From assembly GCF_001194135.2 (NCBI RefSeq), contig NC_068992.1, forward strand, positions 12,330,383-12,365,857: 35,475 nt of DNA. Direction: 5' to 3'. This document shows, piece after piece, positions 24,557-35,475 of this stretch. Source of the DNA: Octopus bimaculoides (lineage: Eukaryota). The notes below the pieces were generated by a model. It ran no database searches. It was not told the origin of the DNA and saw only the letters and a list, made by a program, of their open reading frames with translations. How positions within the stretch are numbered: position 1 is the stretch's first letter; every line of letters begins with the position of its first letter. The position numbers and the translations under genes are program-made.

Positions 24557-26336
24557 CGTTTTACCTCAACTGTATAAACACAATCGCCTGTTGTCTTTTC
24601 TCGCGACAGAATTTAAGCATGAACCAGCACATAGACGATTATCATAAAATGCCATGAATAGATTTTAACACACCGACTGACTATTTCGCTAAACAATTAA
24701 CATATATATATGTAATCAAATAGTATATTAGTTAACAACTTGACTTGTAAATAAAGAAGTGAAATACAAACATTTCTAACTTTTGTTTCTATTCTTTCTT
24801 TTTTATATATGAAATTGTCAGGCTAAAATTATAAAAACCTCCAAGCTTACAAAAGAGCGTCTACTGTGTGCAAATTGCCTGCGTTTTCTTCGAGAAATCT
24901 AAAACTTTACGTGTATTATCTTATGCAGGCAATGTGCTGAAATTTCAAACCATTAATTCAAACGTAACTCTTTGTCATATTTTTGCTACTCCATATAATA
25001 CTATGATTTCTGTTATTTTTTCAGATGCTGCTCCAAATTCGATGACAATAAATCGTGCAGCTGCTGATACAACACAAGTCCAGATACATCAACTACTACT
25101 GATTCTGATATTACTATTTCCATTAGTGAGATTGAACAAACAAGCTGAAATTGGATGTTGCCTTTTCTTTCATGGAAACGAAAAAATGCATAGTAATATA
25201 TTTATTAAAGTTAAACGCCTCTGAGATTTGAAATCAGAACCTCAAGTATTTCGAAATTAAATGTTCACCAGAAAAATAAAATAAAATATATTTTTCATTC
25301 CTTGCTTTGTTTTACTTACTTTCATGTATTTTTCCTGTTTGATAATGGATAAGTGCATTTTTGTGATAGCTGTATGCGCCTGTGTAGTGACATGAATGTT
25401 TTGTTTCATATTTCTAATAAATATCGCAATTTTTCATGCGTGCATTTATACAACCTTTATTATTTTATTGACATTAAAAAGAGTATTGAATTATCGAATT
25501 TGCTACCTGGACAAGCTCTACATTCAATAACTCGTACGTTTCATTCTGATGTAATGTACTCATACACATACACACACATACAAACACACATGTATACACA
25601 TAGATATTTATATATATATACATAGATGAAAATATACGTATACGTATATATAAACTATATAATAATGCAAGGAAATACTTTAGGACATCTTTAATGATCA
25701 GTTACAGATGTTTCTGTGCCAACTCTGCATTCATCCCCAGTTTACGTACGCGAAAGTTCATCTTGAAAATATACGTAATATTTGCGGTTTCAAACGTAAA
25801 ATTGGTACGTCATCAGACGTGCATTAAAGGTGAGATGTTAAACTGTGCATCTGGTAGACCCTGTATTTTGCGTATATCGGCAGGAAACAAAAAGCAAAAA
25901 AAATATATAGTTAGGGGATAAATAATCACTATGAAGAGCATGCTAAAAAAATGTAAGAAAAAGAAAGAAAGAAAGAAAGAAAAATGAATGAATGAATGAG
26001 GCAAATGGAAAAGAACATGTGGGAGAGGAAGAAAAACCGAGAGAGAAGAATGAAAAAGATAGAGAAACCTAACAGGCGAGCGGAATGGACGGCATGGGTT
26101 AATGTGCAAAATGGCAAGTACATAGTTACCAATATGAAGTTTGAGCTGATGGATGAAAAGTTCTTTCCGTTTAGCACTGGTAACAAAATTAAACAAACAA
26201 AATGGTAAGAGGGGTGAAATTGAAGACAATAACAAAAGCGATATTAATATAGAGAAGAGAGTGATTAGAAGAAAATTAAAATAATGATACTAATACATAA
26301 GAATGAACTTAAAAAATTTTAAAAAAGCATGTGTGT

Positions 26337-26400
26337 AGAAGAAGAAGAAGAAGAAGAAGAAGAAGAAGAAGAAGAAGAANNNNNNNNNNNNNNNNNNNNN

Positions 26401-26430
<30 letters not shown>
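26337..26430. repeat. (GAA)n, 21-N gap, (AAC)n
   Basis: Direct reading. Confidence 0.95.
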
Positions 26431-26431
<1 letters not shown>

Positions 26432-26613
26432 GGAACTAGACAGAGAAGAAGAGAAAGAATAAGTGAATGCAGGAGGTAGGATAGTAGTAGGATGTTAGAT
26501 GATCAAGTGACCTAAAAGTGGCTCGTTGTGGATTATAGCAGTGATTGGGACTGTTTTTAATGAATTCTTGGGTATCACTTTTGAATGTATCAGTTTTAAT
26601 ATTTGCGTGTGTA

Positions 26614-27160
26614 TTATTCTGAGGTCATGGGGGATATGTCATTTGTTGTAGATGCATTGAAAAGGGCTCTGTATTTTGTGATGAAGAACGACTCTTTACT
26701 AATTCGTTGGCTACAGGTTGTATCGTCCCTGAATTGATACAGGGGAAAAAATTCTGGAGCTTGGACTTTTGTTACTGACGCAAATGTCGATGTGTTGACT
26801 GAGTGGTATTTTTCTGGGGTTTTTTTTTGGAATATGGATCTGGGATTTGTGCTGAGCCATCCTTTGACGTAGACTGTTTTTCGTTTGGCCTATATATTGT
26901 CTTCGACACCCAGAGCACGCTAGCGCGTATATCAGGTTCTCCGAAGCATATGTGAAACTGCTTTTCACTGTGAAACGTTGTCTTTGTCTGAAGCAGAACT
27001 CTGATCCCTCAATTAAATTGACGCATATCCTACAGTTGGGTCTTCCGCATTTTTTACTGACGGCTTCAGTGTTGTTGAGCGTATATTTGGTCTTTCTCTT
27101 GCTTTTTATGATAGTATGTTTTTGAATACTATACAAATATTGTTTTAAAATAGTTTTCAT
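26614..27160 (-). mobile_element. Decayed Penelope-like retroelement fragment: Cys linker plus GIY-YIG endonuclease (Neptune-like)
   Basis: ORF carries CGRPNCRIC (C-x4-C-x2-C), NLIYALACSGC...YIGQT..LRQRMAQH. After a one-base frame change at the A6 run 26746-26751 the frame continues FPLYQFRDDTTCSQRISKESFFITKYRALFN, supplying the conserved Glu and Asn, and stops at 26616-26614. In-frame stops lie upstream. Confidence 0.88.
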
Positions 27161-28900
27161 TTAATTTTCCAAAATTTAATTGTTTTCCATACTTACGGTT
27201 GAAAAAGTTTCAAAGACCGAAACTGGTACTNNNNNNNNNNNNNNNNNNNNNNNNNNNNNNNNNNNNNNNNNNNNNNNNNNNNNNNNNNNNNNNNNNNNNN
27301 NNNNNNNNNNNNNNNNNNNNNNNNNNNNNNNNNNNNNNNNNNNNNNNNNNNNNNNNNNNNNNNATATATATATGCTGAAGTAGCATCTAGTAAACTGCGT
27401 TGGGAATTTGTGCAGAATCTGAGTCAGTAGAATTGTAGTGAGCGTTAAACATAGTACAGTGATTTCTGTAAGCCGATGAAATTTCAGTCGACTTTGCAAA
27501 AAAGGGACATAGTATATTTAGTACGAATCTAAATCTGGTTAGGATCCAGCATTGCGTATAATTCTGTGTGAAAAAGAAAACAAATGTAGTTTGTATGAAA
27601 CTTTTTACGAATTAGATCACTGGACCCTGAAATATATCTACAAAGATTTGATCAAACCGAATCAAGTGTGAACTGTTTGCCGTTGTTATTGATTTCAAAA
27701 TGTTCATAAAATATTTTTCTTTATTTAAGAAATAGAAAAAAAAGGAAGAGATTATTTTAATGGTTTTCTGAACGTTTAAATCCTTTTCTGTTTTAAATTG
27801 GACAGAAATGGGAATTAAACCCACGCTTAGGCGTGTATTTCATTGATTTTAACATCATTATGATTACACTCTAATCACAAGATTATATTTGCTCGCTTGA
27901 CATGTTACAAGTAACAGCTGACTTTCTTTCAATCCATAACCCCACAGTTTTAATGAAAGAAGGAAAGAGAAAATAATAAATTTTCGTGACGGCCTAAGTT
28001 GGTTTAATCATTATGGAATGCATTCAGACAGTTTTTCGCCATCTTTTTGAGGTGACGGCCAATGCCGCAACAGCAATTTTGTTCGATGCTTTTAATTTTC
28101 ATTTAAATTTCAGAATTAAATTTCTCACATTAATAAATTTTAGGAAAAAACTGTTAGTATGTTAAAAAGTAAAGCCAGTCGCCACGTCAAAATGGCTGTT
28201 GAGTGTTACCACAAGTTTAACTCCAGGCAGATCTTCCGCCAGGTGGTTATTGGTGCGAAGCTGCACCCTTTAGTACGTTAAAAAATACACGTATAAAATA
28301 TAAAACAAAAAGTCATAAGCGAAGGATGGTTATAGATATTTTATTTCGTCCTGCTTTTAAATTTTTCAAGAATTACTATTCTGCCAAAACATACGTTTGA
28401 ATAATTCAAATCCTTGCGTAATACACCATAGAGATTATGAATAATTATTTTCGGATAAAGTTTTGAAACTTATCTCTAAAAGGTTGTTTTATGCGTAGAT
28501 ATATGGAGTCGTAAGCCATTCAACCTAGACTTCAGGATCGTAAGCTGATTGTGGATATGAAACTAAAATTCATCAAAAATGTTTCTAATTGGAAAGTATA
28601 AAGGCACTTATTGATTTCACATAAAAATCAGTCATCTGAATCAGCCGAAATATATATCCAATAATATTACTCCCCAAAGACCTGCTTTGTATATGAATAT
28701 AATACGAACAAATTTAGAAGAATAATGTCTACCAGAGTGTAAATTAGTGCTAATTTGTTATGAGGTAATTAATCCCTTGAAAATACACCAGACAGACTAC
28801 ACTGAATACTATTCTCTGCTATTGTCTTAAAATATATCAGGTAATTTTCTAAAGAAATATATGTAATAGACAAGAGAGAGCAGATGTATGAAAAAGGCTA

Positions 28901-28903
<3 letters not shown>

Positions 28904-28963
<60 letters not shown>
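28904..28963. repeat. (TG)n microsatellite
   Basis: Direct reading. Confidence 0.97.
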
Positions 28964-28964
<1 letters not shown>

Positions 28965-29430
28965 CTAGCGCAGCGTATATATTAATTGTCGCGCCTCAAC
29001 GTCGTTGAATTATCGGAATATGTACAACCATTTATAGATGTCTATTAGTTGTCAGCAAATATAAGTTTTTAAAATATGAATATAATAGATAAGCGCGAAT
29101 ATGAATAATCTGTATAAAATTTATGTACATTTGCATGTATTGAAATGAGAGTATATAATTGATTCTGTCTGTGTTAAATATACGTTTCACTAAGCAATTT
29201 CTGTCACACTACTCAACAAACATTCTATACTTTGAAAATTAATGCTTTATCGATTCATTTAAAAGTTGTTTGTGCATGTATATGCGTCTGTGACAATCAT
29301 ATTGACGACGGAATGCATCTGTGTATGTATAAGAAGTATGATGGGTTCAATATGAACGTGTTTCTTTGTGTAATAATGCTCGCTATTTATAAACACAGCG
29401 GCAATTTGAAATAATGGTAGTCAGCAACAA

Positions 29431-29590
29431 TAATTATTCCTAATTTTGGCCAAGTCCAAGCAATTTGAAGAGGAAGCGATAAGTCGATTACATCCACTCC
29501 AAGATTTGACTAGTACCATTTTATATAGAATCCACCTTGAAAGTGAATTTGATGTTGGAAAGAATTGAACTCAGAATATAAAGATACGCA
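29431..29590 (-). mobile_element. tRNA-SINE family X, degenerate copy
   Basis: ttttggccaag...gcaattt...taagtcgattacatc...gactagtacc...aattgaactcagaa is colinear with 31035-31180. Confidence 0.75.
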
Positions 29591-30650
29591 AGACAAGGTT
29601 GAAGTTGGCTAAACGTTTTGGACCTTCTTTACTGGTCACAAAGCCAACAAAAGAAATGTAGGGCGATACAGTGACACAGGGCAATAAAGATTAACACAAA
29701 GCACGTGGAAACTATTTAAAAGTAAAATTTACAATGGGAAGATAGTAAAAGGAAAATGACTGTGGATTGTTGGTGCTCCTACCAACGGCTGCTTTCGGAG
29801 TAAGAGGAGCAAAGAGAGTTTGCTAAGAAATAGAAGGAAAAGAGGAATTTCCCTTAAGGAAAGAGAAACGTTCAGGGCTTATTTTTCTTCTTTTTTTGCT
29901 CCATTATTATGCAATGTCTTTTTCTTATGAGGGAGGGAATATATGAAAGAATATTCCCATATAATTCATTTTTTCTTGTTTTGTCTTTCTTTTGGGTGTC
30001 TTCGTAGCTGCCTATAAGCTATTTCGTTCTTGTTGAAGCTTATCTATTCATTGTAACTTGGGATCATGAAACTAAGATGGTTTATGTTCATTTAAAACAT
30101 TTAGGAATTATATACGATCAATTTTCTTGTTTTCATACTCCCTTAGCAGTGGAGTAAAGAAATGAAGAGAAAGAGGAAGGGCAATGATAAAAAAAATAAT
30201 CATATTCCCCCTATAGAAGTGGAGAATCACTCAGGGGAGACCACAGATCGGCAAGATTTTCACCCACCCTGCTAACCAGGTGTTTTGCGGCAAATGGTCC
30301 TTTTCTGATTTAACTACAAACGAATTAAAAAGTAAAGAAAAATAACAAACTTTTGAGAAAAAAATTAAGAATGTCTAAAAAGATACAGCGACCATAATTA
30401 CAGCAAAAAAGAAAAAAAACAGAAATAATAATACCAACGGTTTCTAATTAGAACAGAGAAAGCAAGGGTTTTAGTTTATATTATCAATCCTTAGTGCTTG
30501 ACTAACATTGCATTTTAATCGTATTTTAAACGGAACATTTCTTTTCTGACACATTTGTATCAGAAATTTGAGGGCTGCTACATATACCGCAAAACAGTCT
30601 TTCCCATGCTCTCACAAATTTGCCAATTCACCGACATCAATAATTTAATT

Positions 30651-30825
30651 ATTTATTACAGGCACAAGGCCTGAAATTCTGAGGGAAAGGCATAGGTGAT
30701 TATATTGAGCGACTTCAAAATGATAAAGAAAAGCGGTCCTTGACGCAATTTGAACTCAGAACGATAAGCCAGCAGAGACACTGGTAAGCATTTTGTCCGA
30801 TGTGCTAACGATTCTCCCAAATTGC
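30651..30825 (-). mobile_element. Family X SINE, array copy A
   Basis: ggcacaaggcctgaaatt...aatttgaactcagaacg...taagcattttgtccgatgtgctaacgattct. Confidence 0.8.
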
Positions 30826-30840
30826 TATCTTATAGTGATA

Positions 30841-31005
30841 ATAATCTTTTCAACTGCCACTAGTCCTGAGACTTTGTGGGACGAGTTTGTCGATTCCAAC
30901 AACTTTAGTATTTGACTGGTTTTCATTTTGTCGACCCCGAAACAATAAAAGGTAAAATCCCAGCGAAGAATTGTGTCCGACGTCCTTACATTTTCGGCTA
31001 GCTCG
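30841..31005 (-). mobile_element. Family X SINE, array copy B (internal deletion)
   Basis: gtcgatt...gactggt...tttgtcgaccccgaaa...aaaggtaaa...tgtccgacgt...gctagctcg. Confidence 0.75.
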
Positions 31006-31032
31006 ATAAATAATAATAATAATGATGATGAT

Positions 31033-31235
31033 CTAAAATCTTTGGCACAAGACCAGTAATCTTGAGGATGGGCTAAGTCGATTAGATCGATCTAAGTACA
31101 CAACTGGTACTTATTTTATTGACCACGAAATGATAAAAGATAAAGTCAAGTTCGGTGAAATTTGAACTCAGAACGTAATGGCGGACACAATGCCGCTAAG
31201 TATCTTGCCCGACGTTCGAACGATTCTGCCAGCTC
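31033..31235 (-). mobile_element. Family X SINE, array copy C (most complete)
   Basis: Minus strand has head gagctggcagaatcgtt, B-box-like gagttcaaatt, CORE-like gtcaataaaataagtaccagttg and tail gtcttgtgccaaag, followed by an (ATC/ATT)n tail. Confidence 0.88.
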
Positions 31236-31264
31236 TAAAATAATGATGCTGATAATACAAATAA

Positions 31265-31360
31265 TTGCCTTTAACATATGCACAATGTCAGAAATTTGCA
31301 AGGAGTTTATAGTCGATTATATCAACCTGAATACTTATTTGGCATTTTATTTTATCGACA
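31265..31360 (-). mobile_element. Family X SINE, array copy D (3' half)
   Basis: gcacaatgtcagaaattt...tagtcgattatatcaacc...ttattttatcgac. Confidence 0.65.
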
Positions 31361-31981
31361 ATGTAAAGATATATTAATGCGTCATATTTTTTCTTCATAA
31401 ATCATATATTTATCGCACACTTTCACTGCACGACCGAGTACAGATCTGTGCTGCTTCTTGGAAACGTGCATTCTTGCTAACCTTGAACACATCAAGAATT
31501 TTCTCCATGGTGTACATAGTTCTTTTACCCAGAAAGGAATCTATTGATGTATTTTGGAGAACACAGAAAATAAAAAGAGTTACCAAGGAAAATGGGCATA
31601 CTTTTGCTCTACACATATTGGAATATCAAACCAAAGCGAATATGAAAATATGAAAAATATCCCAAACGGAAAAAGGAAATAAAAAGAAGGATCAGTCAGT
31701 CATTTACGAAATCAATAACGGAAAAATAAAGCACATTTCAAAATACAGAAGTATAGACAATGCTAAAGAAATATAAAGTATCTAAGCTACATGAAGCGTT
31801 TTCTTTTTCCTGATGCTGCTTATGCAATTCTCAAATCAGATAATGTAACGCTTGATGGTTTTCAGATATTTTTTTTTCCATTTCTTATTCTTACTATGTA
31901 TTCCTAAAGTGTGCAATTCTCATGTTATATTTAGCATCAATCTCAAAAACATCCATACATAATATTTCTATAGTTGTAGTA

Positions 31982-32460
31982 TAGGCACACGTATAGCCGT
32001 GTGGTTAAGAAATATATATCGGAACCGCGTGATTGCTGGTGCTGTCCCGTTGCGCGACCCTTCAGGAAATTGCTTTCTGCTATAGCCCCATGCAGACTTA
32101 TGTCTTGGGAGAGAACTTGGAAGATCACCGTATATATATATATATATATATATATAAGAGAGAGAGAGAGAGGGAGAGAAAGAAAGAAAGAAAGAAAGAG
32201 AGAAAGGGAGAAAGGGTGAGAAGCAGACAGGCAGGCAAACAAACAAACAGGTGTAATTGTATCTAAGTTTGTGTATGTGAAAGGGAGTGTCTGTGTTTAT
32301 CCCGCCACATCCACCACTACTAATACGCAACTGCTTTTAGCACCTCCATGTAACTTAGTGATTCGGGAAAATGACGCGATAGACAACGCAGCAGGGTTTA
32401 TAAAAATATTTTTCGAGTTCTGTGTGATCATTAAAATCTTTAAGGTGCAGCCTCCTTATA
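31982..32460 (+). mobile_element. Old full-length family Y SINE with expanded internal microsatellite
   Basis: Head taggcacacgtatagccgtgtggttaag, internal (TA)n(GA)n(GAAA)n 32131-32210, then a 3' half (gtgtctgtgttt...gtaacttagtgattcgg...gatag) homologous to the reverse complement of 3457-3630. Confidence 0.7.
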
Positions 32461-33793
32461 TATGCAGGCAAATACTGGAATCATAATTCATTAACATACA
32501 ACGGACTACACGAACGAGGTTGTAAGGGATGCTTTTCAAAAACAAGATGTATAGTTTTTCTGTTTTTTTATATTATTTCCAGGTTTTTTGTTTACATTTC
32601 ATTAACTCTGTATAAAATTAAAATATAAAACAGTTTCATAATAAAGGAAATGATATATTATTTACAAATAAGAAAATAAAAGCTCTTAGGAATAGAAAGA
32701 AGTAGTTCTTTATTGAGAATGCATTATTCAAGCTAATTATTCGATCGAGAAGGATTATAGCAAAAACATTTAATCCTTCTCATGACGGCCAGTAAAGTAG
32801 CACTTTATACAAAGTCAATAAAAAAATGGCAGGGTTTTATCACAAAGAGATTTATTCACTAGCATCTTGTTAACATCATTTTTGCATGTTTTTAGAAAAT
32901 GTAAAGTGAAAGCCGTTGCAGTATTTTCAGCTCATCAGAACCTTTTACTGGGATGTTAGGTTAAAATGTATAACTGAGAGTAAAGTTTCGAATCTCAGTG
33001 ACCACGAGATCTCCTCTCTATATAAGGACGTCATAGGTCGACGAAATACAAGGTCAATTCCACAAGTGTCTGTAATATAGTTAACATTTGATTTATCTTC
33101 AATTTTATGGTGAGGTCACAGAAAACGGTGAATGTTGATGTTTGATATGACATGTGATCAGATGTGTATGAATCACTTTGGTGCAACGTAGTTCATTTTG
33201 CTGTTAAAAATGACGACTCTTATTGTTCTTTGTATTGAAAGTATCCAAAATTCACGCAATGTGGCATAGTTCTCCTCTACCAAATTATCCGCAGCACTGG
33301 AAATGTTTATGTACACCATGACTATGTTGGATTCATTCGAAATTTTATTCTTACAGGAAATTACTTGAACTGCGAAAAAGGGCCGGTATATCCCTCAAAT
33401 GACAGCTTGTTGTGTTGCAAAATATTTACCACTCTCTAAAATGGAATAGCATGTTTGGTATAAGAAGAAAATATCAACGAGACAAAAAAAAAACGCGATC
33501 ATCTCCAAATGTCTTCCGACATATGGCTGTTATATCAGACTTAAACAGCGGCAAAATATCAATCTCCAGCAGTTATTGTGAAATTATAGTGGATTCATTT
33601 GTTAAACTGCTTTAGATATTATAGATATTACTATATTTTATGAATTTTTATAAATTTAGAAATATCTGTTTATTCAGAACTCGGTGTACAATAGTAGAAA
33701 TGAAATGAATTTAAATATAATAAATTGCCTTATGGATCAATTAACGGTGTAAATACATTCTATCTTTCGCGTTAATGTGCGGGAAAAAGAACT

Positions 33794-33845
33794 AGTATAC
33801 TGACGGACCGTTTCATTGTTTCTCGATCACTCCTCAGAGAATACT
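33794..33845 (-). ncRNA. Type I hammerhead ribozyme motif with intact catalytic core
   Basis: Minus strand: agtattct-CTGAGGA-gtgatcgagaaacaat-GAAA-cggtccg-TC-agtatact. Stem I 7/8 bp, stem III quasi-palindrome ACGGTCCGT, GUC triplet. Stem II is weak. Confidence 0.68.
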
Positions 33846-34142
33846 TGGTCGGCTTCCTTTCCTAATCCATAACTTAGATCAAGTTAGACTGTCCACCAAG
33901 TTTTGATTATGACTTCCTTTTAAGCAAATCCAAATATTGCTCGAAAATGTCCTCAAAATCATGACATCCGACCTCGTTTTCGAGGCACTTTTTGTAGTAA
34001 AAGAAAGAGTTGTGCACAAAACATACTTCATTTGGTAGCCCAAAGATTATTGAATCTTTTGATACCTCATACGTCAAAATCGGCATCTTAGTTTTCGAAT
34101 CAACAACGAACATACATAGCACACACTGATAAACACACAAAC

Positions 34143-34145
<3 letters not shown>

Positions 34146-34196
<51 letters not shown>

Positions 34197-34235
34197 CACA
34201 AACACACACACACACACACACGCACACACGCACAC
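34146..34235. repeat. (TA)n(CA)n microsatellite
   Basis: Direct reading. Confidence 0.95.
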
Positions 34236-34715
34236 GAACAAGCATGCACATGTATTTTCGGTTACTCTCAAACAAAACAAGCAACATTACAGCAGTGATT
34301 GTATGTGGACAATAAAATTAATGATAGTAAAGCAATTTTGGCCTGCATACTTGTCGTGTTTCTATCTGTGCAAATGTACTTTATTTGTTTATATTGTCAT
34401 GTATGATAATAATCACGTATATCTATGCATGCATATTATCTTTCTTTACATGGGGACTATCAAACTCTGATGTGGGAGAAATATGCACATAGATAATTGT
34501 TTGCAAACCGAAATTCACGCCCAGACACAAAATACACACGAACAGACAATTCATCCAATTTCGTAGCTCACGGATATACGTAAAAATACATTTATGTTTT
34601 TATATACTTTACTGTGTTTGGGTTTATGCGCGTGTCTCTGTTTGTGGGCGTGTGTAATAAAGCGAAGTTAAAGCATTCTCTGTTTACATATTGATAGAAA
34701 AGATAGAATGGATAG

Positions 34716-34759
<44 letters not shown>

Positions 34760-35354
34760 GCACATAAATAAGTATATATACTACATAAGCATACATATAC
34801 ACGCACATAAACGCGCAGTAACATAAATGCTGTAAAACACACACACACACATGCATATCCATAAACACACAAAAATATACATATGTATATATTTACATGT
34901 GTATAAATATATGCGATGATGTGCGTGAGTGTGCGTATGTACACGTATGTATGTAGATATATGTAGGCATTTGTGTGCAAAAGAATACCTTAATATCAAC
35001 ATAAATCTGCAAAATGTGTAATCCATTGACTTAGTGAAAACATTTGCAACGATAAAAGATTGTTTGAAATTGCACGGTGGGCCAGTTCTGCTGGCAATGC
35101 TGCAATAATAGTATTATGGGATTTACTCAATTTTCATTCCATATATAGGTGTAGGGAGTCATTCATGTAGAGATATAAATTTGCACTGAGGCGTAAAAAA
35201 ACACACAAGTTCATTTAGCCTAAACACTGTACTAAAATAACAAGTTTATGCCTTCAATTCAGTCGGACTTTTTCTTATGATGGAGATATTTACTTAATTT
35301 TATAGATTTCCTTCTCTCCGAGTCTCTTTTTCTCTCGGTCTCTCGAAATATTTT

Positions 35355-35475
35355 ATGCGTGCGTGTGTGTGTGTATGTGTGTGTGTGTGTGTGTAGTCTG
35401 TGTATGTTTGTGCGCATTTTTGTGCGTGTGTGTGTGCGCGTATGTATACATACGTATATATATATATATATATAT
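35355..35475. repeat. (TG)n/(TA)n tract at window end
   Basis: Direct reading. Confidence 0.9.

Noticed and set aside
25002-25148. Strong acceptor (tttttcag) followed by CCSKFDDNKSCSC-TGA-YNTSPDT...; considered a Sec readthrough or GPCR tail
   Set aside because: No SECIS recognised, no donor or upstream transmembrane homology; short open frames are expected by chance.
25770-25822. Minus CTGATGA...GAAA with acgt/acgt stem I
   Set aside because: Three extra bases before GAAA and no stem III.
27197-27563. Minus-strand acceptor at 27564 and GTAAGT donor at 27196 as one exon
   Set aside because: The interval contains stops, a (TA)n run and an N gap; cannot be evaluated.
32915-32945. Minus CTGATGAgctGAAA
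   Set aside because: Only 3 nt for stem II, and no stem III or NUH site.
33907-34110. Minus frame MPILTYEVSK...FEQYLDLLKRKS, protein-like composition
   Set aside because: No recognisable family; the upstream part of the ORF is microsatellite; splice signals unconvincing.
1546-35026. Most ORF-track entries (YIYI, CVCV, HTHT, poly-I/L/S/X proteins)
   Set aside because: Translations of microsatellites and N gaps, not coding signal.

Overview
AT-rich, gapped (10 N-runs), microsatellite-saturated eukaryotic DNA. It looks like intronic or intergenic sequence from a coleoid cephalopod, probably Octopus; this is inferred from my recollection of octopus tRNA-derived SINE families and was not confirmed by a search. 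I found no intact host gene. Most ORF-track entries are translations of (TA)n, (TG)n or trinucleotide repeats and N gaps. Supported content: (1) three tRNA-SINE families, including one full-length copy with a 16-bp target-site duplication and a head-to-tail array of four copies; (2) a decayed Penelope-like retroelement fragment with a Cys-rich linker and a GIY-YIG endonuclease completed by a frameshift (26614-27160, minus); (3) four dispersed type I hammerhead-ribozyme-like motifs, one with a perfect catalytic core (33794-33845, minus) and two related copies with a U4C core variant and a palindromic stem III; (4) a perfect 27-bp inverted repeat (19977-20034); (5) one plausible orphan exon. The best candidate for a system is the hammerhead / Penelope-like (retrozyme-type) association. 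It is known in general for metazoans, but the variants here may be undescribed.
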